From an uncultured Planctomycetota bacterium (GTDB lineage: Bacteria > Planctomycetota > Planctomycetia > Isosphaerales > Isosphaeraceae), in the NCBI GenBank assembly GCA_963823665.1, contig CAWGMQ010000011.1:544001-608000 (forward strand): a stretch of DNA of 64,000 bases, in the 5' to 3' direction. The notes beneath the pieces were generated by a model, which made no database searches, was not told where the DNA came from, and saw only the letters and a list, made by a program, of their open reading frames with translations. The position numbers and the translations under genes were made by a program. Below, piece by piece: positions 1 through 10,458 of this stretch; within the stretch, counting starts at the first letter, position 1; each line of letters starts with the position of its first letter.

Positions 1-555
1 TGGATGGGACGAAATGGGACTCTTTGACCCCAAAAAGTCTCATTTTGCTCGCTGTCTTGAACCCCTCCGATGGCTGGCCGGAACGCCTCGAAGCCGTACG
101 GAAATGCTGAGAGCCAAAGAGGATAACGCCACCAGTCTGCTCTCTGATTGCTCGACGCGGCGGAAGAAAACTCACACTCATGCTGGTCCAGACCCGTCCC
201 ACGCTCGGCACAGCTCAAAATTCGGGCGGATTCCGTCGCGCACCGGTCCCCCTTTACGAGCGCAGGCCGGCCCCATTTTTCCCAGTGCACATGCGTGGTC
301 AGGCCGACTTGGGATCCTCGAGCACGCGCTCGAGCAAACGCAGCAATCATTCCAGGTTCCAGAGAGGTGGGCGCCCATCGCGCCGACTCCAGTGTCGGCG
401 ATCGAGATCGGGCTTTAGATATTATGCGACGGGTTTCCCGGATTTGGACATTTCGCCGACCAGAAATCCTGGGATTCTTTTTCGCGTCGCAACGGATGCA
501 ACGACAAACTCGATCGAATCCAACGATTTGCGCACGCCGCGGCCAAAAAACGGGG

Positions 556-700
556 CTGGTTCAATCGTTCGTCTGCTTGGGTAACCCGTTGCGCGCTCGT
601 CCCGGCGACCACACCAACCCGAAGCGTAAGCGAGGACTCCGGTTACTCTTGCCGGCGCTTCCTGCGCGTGTGCCGGGGGTGTTACCCGCAATTGAACCAG
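556..700. repeat. MITE-like inverted-repeat element flanked by 14-bp direct repeats
   Basis: CTGGTTCAAT (556-565) and ATTGAACCAG (691-700) form an inverted pair; GCCAAAAAACGGGG occurs at 542-555 and 701-714; REP-like AACCCGAAGCGTAAGCGAGG at 616-635. Confidence 0.5.
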
Positions 701-821
701 GCCAAAAAACGGGGAAAAACGTGTGCGTCCGGCCAACCCCATTCGGGGTTTCGGGCTGGCCTCAGGGGGGGCGACCCGGCATACCTTGAATGGCGGCGGT
801 GGGACCGATCAACGACTTGGA

Positions 822-1877
822 CTAACCTGGCGAACGTTCGCGCCCCGATGCCGGCGAGCGCTTTGACACGTCGCGCACTGGCTCGTACGAGTTTCGCAAC
901 TCCCGGAGGGACGTGCTCAGTCGAATCTCGTCCTTTTCGCGAATCGCTTTTTGCACGTCCCGAAGGTGCTCAGTCGTGGCGTGCACATCGTCTCGCAGTT
1001 TTCTCAGCGTCGGCGATGCACTCCAACCCACCAGAGAATGGATGGCCGGTCCGCGTGCCAGACGCTCTGTCGCGCTCGATGCTTGCTCAGCTTGCTCCTG
1101 CATCGTGTCCCAGTCTTTCTTGACTCGGGCCTGCTCGATGCCGTCGATCGCGGCGTCGATGCTCGCAACTTGCTCCACGGCCCAGGGACGGACCATCGGG
1201 CCGAGTTCCGGCGTCGCCAGACAGAAGGTCACCACGAGCGAGACCGTCATCACCATGACCACCAGGAACAAGCCCAGGGCCGAGGTCCCGAGCGCTGAGA
1301 ATCGCATCAGCGATTTGTTCTCGCCCTTGACTCGCCACTCGAAGAGGCCGATCGCCGCCGCCGCTGCCAGCAAAATTGACCACCAGTAATTCGCTGCCAC
1401 GGTCTCCAATCGCTCGAGGAACGTGAGCATCCATGAGCCGGTCACTTTCCGGAGGAACTCTCCATCGATGAGCCCGGCACCCAAGAGCCCGCTGAATTTC
1501 GGGAAGATGAAGTACACGTTGAATGCGATGAATAACAGCTCGAGAGCGATCATCAGACTCAGGGTCAGGTTTGCCCACGACGACCACAACCACTTCGCTC
1601 GCATTGTTCTCTCCTTCCATTGCAGCGCCCTGTCGATCAACACCGCGAGCATGCGGTGTCCGTGTGTCGCTTCCAGTTCCGGCCGGAGGTCCTCAGGCCG
1701 GCCGAACTCCTCCATCGCCTTGGTGACCGCCTCCTCATCGGTGAGCCCCGCCGTCTTGTGCTGCTCCACGGCATCGACGAGATGAGCGCGCAGTTCTTGC
1801 CGCACGTGCTCTCGAAGCGCCTTCGGGCCACCGATACTCCAGCAGATCTGATTGACGTACCTATCGAGTCTATCCAT
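822..1877 (-). CDS. Membrane protein with N-terminal permease-prefix (HAAS-like) domain, PadR-associated
   Basis: N-terminal ELRAHL..AVE...GLTDEEA..KAMEEFG motif, several TM segments, start overlaps the PadR stop. Confidence 0.8.
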   Translation of the reverse strand: MDRLDRYVNQICWSIGGPKALREHVRQELRAHLVDAVEQHKTAGLTDEEAVTKAMEEFGRPEDLRPELEATHGHRMLAVLIDRALQWKERTMRAKWLWSSWANLTLSLMIALELLFIAFNVYFIFPKFSGLLGAGLIDGEFLRKVTGSWMLTFLERLETVAANYWWSILLAAAAAIGLFEWRVKGENKSLMRFSALGTSALGLFLVVMVMTVSLVVTFCLATPELGPMVRPWAVEQVASIDAAIDGIEQARVKKDWDTMQEQAEQASSATERLARGPAIHSLVGWSASPTLRKLRDDVHATTEHLRDVQKAIREKDEIRLSTSLRELRNSYEPVRDVSKRSPASGRERSPG

Positions 1878-2199
1878 GGGACTTGTCCAGGATGCGATTG
1901 ACCGCGATACACATGTCGGCCCACGACCGCCGCTTTTCGGCGAGCGCGGCCCGCCCGCGCTTGGTGATGTGATAGTACCGCCGCTTTCGCCCGCTCTCCT
2001 TCTCCTCCCATTCGCCCACGATCAGGCCATCCTGCTCCAGCTTGTGTAGGCTCGGATACAACGACCCCTCACGCCACGTGAACGCCCCGTCGCTGTCGCT
2101 ATGGACCGTCTCAGCGATTTCGTAGCCGTACATCTCCTTCCGGCTCAGCAACGAGAGAATGAGCAACGCGAGTGTGCCTTTGAGTAGTGCCGTGTCCAT
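1870..2199 (-). CDS. PadR family transcriptional regulator
   Basis: LLKGTLALLILSLL..MYGYEI..EGSLYPSLHKLE..RRYYHIT motifs; ATG at 2199 chosen as start. Confidence 0.92.
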   Translation of the reverse strand: MDTALLKGTLALLILSLLSRKEMYGYEIAETVHSDSDGAFTWREGSLYPSLHKLEQDGLIVGEWEEKESGRKRRYYHITKRGRAALAEKRRSWADMCIAVNRILDKSHG

Positions 2200-2306
2200 G
2201 ACTTGCCGTAACCCAGGATTCCGATGCATTGGATTCCTAGGTATTGTGTCGCGCGAGCCGCTAAGTGTCAAGGCGTCGATCGGTCTTAGGCGGAGGAATA
2301 TGGGTT

Positions 2307-4881
2307 CTAGCGGTCGCTCTCGTTCAATCCCTGCTTCATCCTGAGCAGCAGAAACAAGCGGTACGGCACCATTTCTCCGCGGCCGTTCTTGACGAACCGA
2401 TTCCAGTAATCCTCGGCGACCCTCTCGAATGTCCACTCGGCCTGTTTATCGTCGCCCATGATGACGAGTAGGTTCTCCAGCGCATCCGCGATCGACACAC
2501 CGCGCTGCCTGGCGACGTCGTTGTTGATGACCAGCTCATATCGCGGGTAGTGGCCGGCGAGGAAGGTGAAGAGGCCCTCCAGGCTCTTGCGTTTCAACAG
2601 GTCATCCATGAACGTCTCCGCCCCACTTCCGGGCCGCCTGTCGCCGTGCGAGTTCGTCTTGTCCAGGACGCGTACGGAGAAACCCCCGGCCGCGACGAAG
2701 ACCGAAACTGCGGGCGGCTCGAAGAACTCGAGATCGACATTCATCGTCCGGCATTTTCCCTCGAGCGTCTCGATGATCTGGCGCGAGGTCAGCTTGCGGC
2801 CCGACCGTAGCTTCAAATGGATGAAACAGGTCCCTACGCCCAGGCCGTGGCCCTCCGTCCGGATCTGGTAGCCCGCCAGCGACGAGACCGAGGCGATCCC
2901 GTCGATGCGCCTGGCGATCGCACCCAGCTCATGGCACTTGGCGCTCGTGTACTCGAGCGACGAGCCCCGAGGAGACTCGATAACCGCATAGATCATGTCC
3001 CGGCTATCGAGCGGAATGACCTCGAAGCTCATGCCGGGAGGGAACGCCGCCGCCTTCAGCTCCTCGAGGTCCTTCTCAATCGCCTCGATCGCGATGGCGG
3101 CGCTCCAGCCGGGGAGGGGCTTGAGGACGATCGCCGTCGCGGGATGCCCGTCGACGTCCGAGGAAATATCCAAGTACGGGGGGGGCCGGCTCCACCCGGC
3201 CGACGTCTTTGACTTGCAGGTGGTCGAGGTGCTCGCCGTCGCGATTCACCTCCAAAACGTTGAATTCATAGTTATCCGCCTTGTCGGAGGGCCAGATAAC
3301 AATCAGCTCGTACGGCGTGAGCGGAAACACCTGCCCCCAATACACCTTCCCCATGGCCTCGTCGAGCTCGTCGCCCGGGAGGATCAATTCCGACGGCCTT
3401 TCGCCGAGTTGCTCTATGATGTCCTCGGACGTTAGCTTGTGGGCCCGCATCTGGTCGGGGTTCAGCCGGACCCGCACGGCGGAGTGGCCCTTGGCGAGTT
3501 CCCTCGGGACATCCATGCCCTTGATGCGCCTGAGGCGGGGCATGACGACGTCGTTCGCGAACTTGACGAGGTCCTTCCGGTCGGCGTCGGGGGCGGTCGA
3601 GTAGACGTTCACATACACCAGCTTGCCGTCCGGCGTGAAGAGGCGGCCCTTGCTCCCGCCGCCGCCGTCACCCCTGGCCTCCGGTGGCTTCTCCGCCTTC
3701 GCCGCGGCGTCCGTATCGTCAGGAAAAAAGGTGTGGATGTTGAGATTCGGCAGCGCCTTGAGGATCCGCGACTTGCCCGCATCGGTGATCTGGGTATGGT
3801 AGGCCACCACTTCGCTGAGCCGCGCGAGTCGCTCGAGGTGCCGCAGGCCGGCATCGCTGACTTTGGTACCGTCGATCCACACGGTTTTCAGGCCGGTCAG
3901 ACCCGCCAGGTGGGCCAGGCCCGCGTCGGTGATCCTTGTTTGGCCGACATACAGACTGCTCAGCCCGTTCAAGCGCGGCAGGTGCGCGAGTCCGTCGTCG
4001 GTCACGGGCGTCCGGCTCAGGTACAGGCTGGTGAGCCCGACCAGGGGACGCAGGTGGGCGAGTCCCGGACCCTTAACCTGGGTGTGGGAGAGATTCAGCA
4101 CGCCCAAGCTCGTCATCCCTCCCAGGTGAACGAGTCCGGCATCGGTGACCCACGTACTGTCGAGCTCAAGCTGCCGGAGCCGAGGTAAGCGACTCAGGTG
4201 CGCCAGGCCAGCGTCGCCAACCTTCGTGCGCGCCAGCGTCAGTAACTCCAGGCTCGCGAGCCCCTCGAGAGATGCCGGGCCGGCGTCGCTGACCTGCGTA
4301 CTCGCAAGTTGCAGGACGCGGAGGTTGACCAGGCCCTTCAGGTGGACCAGCCCCGCATCGGTCACCGGCGTGCGATCCAACGACAGGAACTCAAGGCGAG
4401 TCAGCGCTTTGAGGTGAACCAGCGCGGCATCCGTGATCGGGCAATTCTCAAGGTCCAGGAACCGAAGCCGGGTCAGCCTCCCCAGTGACGCCATGCTGGC
4501 GTCGGTCACGTTCGCGCCGTCAACGTACAGATGCTCCAGACGGTCAAACTGTGCGACCTGGGCCAGCTCCGCCTCGCCGCAGCGCGGACTGAGCCACGCC
4601 TGAACGACGTTGCTTGTGAGATCGACGTCGACATGCTCCGCCACCCATCGGCGCCACCCGGGCGTACTGGGAGCGCCGGGAACATCCCACTCGTCGGAGA
4701 TCGTGCCCCCCGCCGCCCGAATGGCCGCCACCGCCTGACGCTGGACGCGTGCAAGGTGCAGCCACCAGCCCAGGCAGCCCCCGACCGCCAGGACCACGAC
4801 GATCAGTCCCCTCACGCTGAAACGCAGGTAACGCCACCAGGGCCGCTTGCGGGGTGTTTCCATGCAACCAGCATCCGGCAT
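2307..4881 (-). CDS. LRR membrane protein fused to RND (AcrB/HAE1-like) periplasmic subdomain fragments; frameshift near 3180
   Basis: RFSVRGLIVVV anchor and 24-aa LRRs (VTDAGLVHL), then AcrB-like segments (AVRVRLNPDQMRAHKLT; VDGHPATAIVLK; FFEPPAV); the frame changes at the G run 3178-3185. Confidence 0.65.
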
Positions 4882-4950
4882 GAGCCGACTGGAGTCGATC
4901 TGAAAGATGCTACATGGCCGATTCGGAACGGGTTGTGATACAGTGCCGCG

Positions 4951-5427
4951 ATGCGTCCGCCAGGCGTTCGATTCTCGTTGGGATGGGGGATGGCTGCGAT
5001 AGGGGGTTTCGCGGTCGCGCTGTACTTGTTGCGAGTTGCGCCGCCGGTTGTTGGGATTGCAGTCGCGGTCATCGGGTCGATCTGGGGCATGAAACGGGGC
5101 GGAAACGGATTGAGCTTCGCCGTGATCGGTGGGGTCATCGCGGCGATCGGGGTTGGGATCTTTTTTCTCGTTCAGGCTTTCATCGCTCAAGATAATAGCG
5201 CCGTGACAGCGCGCTGGATGGGCGCGGCAGCGACGGCGCGTGGGATCGGCGGGCTAGCGAAAGTGTTTTTGTTCCTCATGCTCGACGGTGCCCTCACCGG
5301 ATTGGCGGTGGGAATCAGCGTTTGGGGCCTGCGCTGCCTGGCATTGCTGCCCGGTCGATTACGCCTCCAGGCGAACAGAAGCGCCCCTGGGAATTCAGGG
5401 AACGCCGAGCGGCCGGCGGTTGGTTGA
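4951..5427 (+). CDS. Hypothetical membrane protein
   Basis: 158-aa ORF with about 4 hydrophobic segments and an RFSL N-terminus. Confidence 0.6.
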   Translation: MRPPGVRFSLGWGMAAIGGFAVALYLLRVAPPVVGIAVAVIGSIWGMKRGGNGLSFAVIGGVIAAIGVGIFFLVQAFIAQDNSAVTARWMGAAATARGIGGLAKVFLFLMLDGALTGLAVGISVWGLRCLALLPGRLRLQANRSAPGNSGNAERPAVG

Positions 5428-5592
5428 TCGTGGGGAAAAAGGCCTCGAATGCGCCTGCGGCGGGTCATCGCCTACGTCGGTGAGGATCAGTCGGTCAGGC
5501 ACTTAAGACGAGGTAGATGCGCGTTTTTTAGGGGAGCACGCCTGACGTAGCCGCAAATCATGAACACGCCGCGGTACCCCAGTTCGTCGTCC

Positions 5593-5847
5593 TTAACCAG
5601 GCGTCCCGAACGTAAAGGGCCAACGTCCGGTCCTCGCTCCCACAGCCAAGCCGATGCCAGCAAAGTAACAGCACGCCGCGCCAAACCATGCCAGGCAGTT
5701 CCCGTCTCGAACCTCAAGAACCTCCAGGGGCAACCCAACCAGCAGCAGGAACAACGCGAGGGCTCCCGCCAAGACCCGAAAAATGAAGCGGGTCTTCTGT
5801 TCAATGCGGGGATGCGATGTGGTCGTTCTCATGGAGACCAACTCCAA
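5593..5847 (-). CDS. Small hypothetical membrane protein
   Basis: Two hydrophobic segments. Confidence 0.45.
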   Translation of the reverse strand: MELVSMRTTTSHPRIEQKTRFIFRVLAGALALFLLLVGLPLEVLEVRDGNCLAWFGAACCYFAGIGLAVGARTGRWPFTFGTPG

Positions 5848-6132
5848 AGAGACTCGATGTTTCCGATCAGTGTCGCGACTTGCGACCCGCCTCCCGCATT
5901 ATACGCAACCCATCCGACCGGCGGAATACGAGCCCGCCAGGCCGTTCTGACCGCCACGCCTGGTATCGTTTACCCTACCTGGCACACCGACATCTTGGGG
6001 GCTAACGCTGGTTTTCTGTTCCGTTGCTACTCAGACCCCAGCACCTTGGTGTCCGCTTCATTATGGAAATCACCTCTCGGCCCTTTCGTCACTCACGGAA
6101 ATGCCATTTATAGCCGATAAACCTGAGGTTGG

Positions 6133-6421
6133 CATGCTAATGCAGGCGACTGCGACGCAGATGCCGTCCTCCCAAACGCTAACGCAGCCCAGGACCCCGC
6201 CCATGTTCGACAGAGGCGACCGCGTAACCCTGGACCTGGCCGCATTCGGGACCAGCTCGCGCCACCGCCGCACCGCCGAACGGGCTGGGACCGTGGTCGG
6301 GCTTGCCCGGCCAGACGGGCCTCGCGCGGGTGTGGTCTACGTGCGCTGGGACGGGACCTGGGCGTGCACGCCGGTGAGCCAGGACGCCTTGGTCCGGGTC
6401 GAGGCGGCCCCGAAGATCTAA
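6133..6421 (+). CDS. Small hypothetical protein (SH3-like: GDRV..GTVVG..VYVRWD)
   Basis: ORF pattern; start uncertain. Confidence 0.45.
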
Positions 6422-6542
6422 CCCGGTCCAGGAGGGCTAGGACACGCATCGGCACCGAGCCGCCGCTCATGTTCCTGGGGAAACGAATCGCGTCCCGGTT
6501 TCCGTCCCCATGGGCGAAACCCATGGGTGCCAGCCGTTACGA

Positions 6543-6944
6543 TCACGTTCGGTGTCCTTGAAGCTCTTGCCCCTGCAACTGTGCTGCACCGTTTCGCAAC
6601 GTCGACGACAGCACGGCGAACAGGTTCGAAGCATCCTCCGCGGCTTCCGCGTAGATCTCGCTCTCAGCGGCGGTACCGGGACACAGGAAGATGGCAAAAC
6701 GGCGATGCGTTGCGTCCTCCGGCGACGGAACTGAATAAACTTCGGCGACGGTCCCGGACGCCAGCTCGACGCGTACGTCCAGCAAACCCGGCTCCGGTGT
6801 CTCCAGCGTCAGCGTCGCGCTTGGAACCGCCGACAAGAGCTTGAGCGTAAATGACCGCAGGTGTCCCATCTCGATTTCAGGATCACCATGATCCGGATGC
6901 CAGTCAGGCCGATGCCATGCTTCGAGTTCTTGTGTCGAGTCCAT
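6543..6944 (-). CDS. Hypothetical protein
   Basis: 133-aa acidic, protein-like ORF. Confidence 0.5.
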   Translation of the reverse strand: MDSTQELEAWHRPDWHPDHGDPEIEMGHLRSFTLKLLSAVPSATLTLETPEPGLLDVRVELASGTVAEVYSVPSPEDATHRRFAIFLCPGTAAESEIYAEAAEDASNLFAVLSSTLRNGAAQLQGQELQGHRT

Positions 6945-7300
6945 TGCTCAGTTCCCCAGGATGGTCCAAAACTCGCCGGTCGTCTTGAAGATATATGTTA
7001 CGCCGCCGTCTTCGAATGCGACGGCGGCCTCTCCGGCAAATGTCGTGGCCCTCCCAGCTCCCTGGGCCACACGATCTTGATCAGAACTTCGGCATCTCCC
7101 AACTTTTCTCGCGATCTGGGTTTCCACGCGTGGCTCACGTTCTTACAAAATGATAAGCCGAACTCCGCGCACGAGCAACATCAGGCGGTTCCGGGGACAC
7201 AGGGGTTTACCTCACAAGGGCCCGGCTCGGTGGCCGGAAACGGACCGGGGGACGCGGCCTTGGCGACCGAAAACCTCGGCATCGCGCCGGCCACGTTCAG

Positions 7301-8192
7301 GGGATTCCAGGATTCCAGACACCCATCCTTTTGTCTCGGTCCCGCGCATCCATTCATTCGCGGCTCGCTCGTTCGGTGCAAAACTACGGCCTCTGGTCAT
7401 TTCGAACTCGCAGAAGGCGAGTGCCCGACGCACGGCAAAACGTGGGTGTCTTTGCGTCAGGAAAGCTCGAGAAAGGAGGAAGTGCCTCGAAACACAGAAA
7501 CCTTTCATCGCGACCCTGCGGGTTAACGAATCCCGCCCGGCAGAGCCTGGCCGGCAGCCGGAAGCAAGTCTTGCGTGGGGAGGGGTGACCCTCACTGCGA
7601 AGCGTAGACAGCGAGTCTCCATGCCATGCTATCGAGCCCCGAAATACTCATCGTGGGAGCCTCCGTTGTAGACACAAGCGGGGGCCGCGTCGACACGCCG
7701 CAATGGCCTGGCGTGTTCGGTCCTGCCGGGGTCCAAGAACATGGCGCAGGGACGCGAGGGTTGCTCGGGAACCTGAGAGCCCCATCCGTCTCCACTGACA
7801 TTTCCGGCTCGGGAACCGGAATACCAACTCCCCGGCCCACGACCCCGCGTCGGGTCGCTGGGAGCGAACAAGACGCAAGGGTGGTATCGCAACATGAAGG
7901 CAACGAAATGTGACGAAAGGGGCGGACGGGAGTCGGAGTGCTCCGTAGTAGCAGTGAAGCGGGGGAATGGGCCCTCCCAGACCCTGTGGAGCGAAGGGGG
8001 TACCGTGTCGCGGACTGGAAGCCGGAACCACGCCGAGGGCATTGGACCTCAGAGCGCGTCACCGCGAGGCGACCAGATCGTGTGAGGGACAGCGACGCCG
8101 CGACATGACGAGCCGGATGCCTTAATTGGGCACGTCCGGATCAGTGGGAGCCCTGGCGGAGCGATCCGCCAGGGCGACCCGGCGACATCCCC
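7301..8192 (+). repeat. Hairpin repeat R1 (right arm split by intron)
   Basis: Left arm GGGATTCCAG-GATTCCAGACACCCATCC from 7301; right arm GTGGGTGTCT(7451)^GACATCCCC(8184-8192). Confidence 0.9.
7452..8183 (+). mobile_element. ORF-less group II intron, copy 1 (732 nt)
   Basis: 5' TTGCG; domain V GAGCCGGATGCCTTAATTGGGCACGTCCGGATC; domain VI hairpin ending GACCCGGC; EBS1 AGACAC at 7670-7675 complements exon GTGTCT; boundaries set from empty sites. Confidence 0.92.
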
Positions 8193-8621
8193 TTCCCTGC
8201 TTTTCATTCGTGCGATTCGTCAGATTCGTGGCTTCTCTTCCCCGCTCCGCGCCACGCTTCGCTTCCGCTTTTCGCCTTTGGACACGCACAACCTTGTTCC
8301 GCCCCGTCGTTCGCGATCGGTGCTACGCAAATTCTGCTTCCCCTGTCGGGCGACCATCGGGCGGCAGCCGCGCACGCCATGCTACCCGCCGATCATTCCG
8401 ATTGCTGCCGGCCGAAGCCAGCCCGTCCGTCCATTGCGGACCGACTTCCGCCGAGCGAAAGTGGAGGCGCGCCGAAAACAACCGGCGCGCATCAGCTTTC
8501 GGTTGGTAAAATGGTGGAAATCCCGATGGGCTGCATCGCTTGACCGTGAGTCTCGACCCTCAAAGGAACCGGGTTTGGCGTAGTTACGGATAGCGTCGTC
8601 TATGAAAGGGAGAGCAAAGCC

Positions 8622-8906
8622 GTGACCACCGTGCGTACCGTCATCCACGACCGGCGAATCGAGATTCCCGCACCCGAGAACCTCGCCGATGGTACGGAGG
8701 TAATCCTCACGATCGGCACCGATGTCGCCGATGACGACGGTCCGATGTCGCCCGCGGAAATCGCCCGCGTTCTGGCGGCTATGGGGCGCTTGCAACCACT
8801 CGAAATCCCCGACGATGTCGCGGCGGAACTCGACGCCTGGGAAAACAAGCTGAATCAACACGGCATCGATCGCGCTGAGCGTGAAGGCGAGGACATGTCC
8901 GGATGA
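8622..8906 (+). CDS. Putative antitoxin (VapB-like partner)
   Basis: Small acidic ORF overlapping (ATGA) the start of a PIN toxin gene. Confidence 0.75.
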   Translation: MTTVRTVIHDRRIEIPAPENLADGTEVILTIGTDVADDDGPMSPAEIARVLAAMGRLQPLEIPDDVAAELDAWENKLNQHGIDRAEREGEDMSG

Positions 8907-9301
8907 GACGGTTCATCCTCGATACCGGCATAGCCGCGCTGCATCTCGACCGCAAGCGAGGCGTATTTGAACGGGCAGCCGCCGAGGTCGCCAGAGGCAA
9001 CCGGGTCGGCATCGCGGCGCCGGTGCTCGCCGAACTTGCATTCCGGGCGGAAGGGAGCCCGCAACGCGAACGGAACATCCTGCGGCTTCGCCAGGCACTG
9101 GACGCGTGGAAACTCTGTTTGGTCGACACCGCAGCAGCATTCGAATACGGCCGGCTGGCACTCGAGTTGAAGTCGATCGGTCGCCCCATAGGCCAGAACG
9201 ACATCATGATCGCCGCCATCGCGCTGTCCCTGGGCAACACCACTGTCGTCACTACGGATAGCGACCTCGCCGCCGTCCCCGGATTGACCGTCGAGAACTG
9301 A
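8903..9301 (+). CDS. vapC: PIN-domain VapC family toxin
   Basis: FILDTG, LAEL, IGQNDIMIAAIA, VVTTDSDL..VPGLTVEN motifs. Confidence 0.92.
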   Translation: MRRFILDTGIAALHLDRKRGVFERAAAEVARGNRVGIAAPVLAELAFRAEGSPQRERNILRLRQALDAWKLCLVDTAAAFEYGRLALELKSIGRPIGQNDIMIAAIALSLGNTTVVTTDSDLAAVPGLTVEN

Positions 9302-9348
9302 GCGGAGGCCACTTAACCAGCGAATGTCCGGGTCTCCTGGCGTGGCCA

Positions 9349-10329
9349 GGAGCCAGACACCCAATCTCTGAGGAGCCGAGGAGCCAGACACCCAATCTCT
9401 GGTTCCGAGGAGGAGCCAGGGATTCCAGGCACCCATCCTTTGTCTCGCGGCCCCCGCATCCTTTCATTCGCGGCACGCAAGTCGGGTGCAAAACCACGGC
9501 CTCTGGTCAAGTCGAACACGCAGAACGCGAGCGCCTGACGCTCGGCAAACGGTGGGTGTCTGACATCCTCGGCAAACGGTGGGTGTCTTTGCGTCAGGAA
9601 AGCTCGAGAAAGGAGGAAGTGCCTCGAAACACAGAAACCTTTCATCGCGACCCTGCGGGTTAACGAATCCCGCCCGGCAGAGCCTGGCCGGCAGCCGGAA
9701 GCAAGTCTTGCGTGGGGAGGGGTGACCCTCACTGCGAAGCGTAGACAGCGAGTCTCCATGCCATGCTATCGAGCCCCGAAATACTCATCGTGGGAGCCTC
9801 CGTTGTAGACACAAGCGGGGGCCGTGTCGACACGCCGCAATGGCCTGGCGTGTTCGGTCCTGCCGGGGTCCAAGAACATGGCGCAGGGACGCGAGGGTTG
9901 CTCGGGAACCTGAGAGCCCCATCCGTCTCCACTGACATTTCCGGCTCGGGAACCGGAATACCAACTCCCCGGCCCACGACCCCGCGTCGGGTCGCTGGGA
10001 GCGAACAAGACGCAAGGGTGGTATCGCCAAACGAAGGCAACGAAGTGCGGCGAAATGGGCGGACGGGAGTCGGAGTGCTCCGTAGTAGCAGTGAAGCGGG
10101 GGAATGGGCCCTCCCAGACCCTGTGGAGCGAAGGGGGTACCGTGTCGCGGACTGGAAGCCGGAACCACGCCGAGGGCATTGGACCTCAGAGCGCGTCACC
10201 GCGAGGCGACCAGATCGTGTGAGGGACAGCGACGCCGCGACATGACGAGCCGGATGCCTTAATTGGGCACGTCCGGATCAGTGGGAGCCCTGGCGGAGCG
10301 ATCCGCCAGGGCGACCCGGCGACATCCCC
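9349..10329 (+). repeat. Hairpin repeat R2 with GGAGCCAGACACCCAATCTCTG sub-repeats and a duplicated right arm
   Basis: Sub-units at 9349-9418; main left arm at 9419; empty arm GGTGGGTGTCTGACATCC at 9551-9568; second arm split by intron. Confidence 0.9.
9589..10320 (+). mobile_element. ORF-less group II intron, copy 2 (732 nt)
   Basis: Near-identical to copy 1; same insertion point GGGTGTCT^GACATCCC. Confidence 0.92.
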
Positions 10330-10458
10330 AAAAATGAATGTCGGCCCGGACCTGGAAATCTCGGATTCGGTGCTCAGTGGCGAGAGGGTCGGTTCGCCCG
10401 ATAAGCTAAACGCACGTCGACCTTCACTGCGAATATGCAAAACCGGAGTGCGTTTGCC

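Noticed and set aside
1..540. ORFs 14-418, 148-789 and 180-584
   Set aside because: Overlapping frames with no recognisable motifs; I cannot pick a real gene.
7212..8085. Recurrent ORFs (METRCLRF..., MLSSPEILIV..., MTRSEVQC..., MPSAWFRL...) in each intron copy
   Set aside because: These are incidental frames in structured GC-rich RNA. They recur only because the DNA is repeated and have no recognisable domains.
8200..8232. TTCGT-type short tandem repeat after R1, and CTCCTG-type hexamers near 27035-27070
   Set aside because: Short low-complexity tracts with no supportable function.
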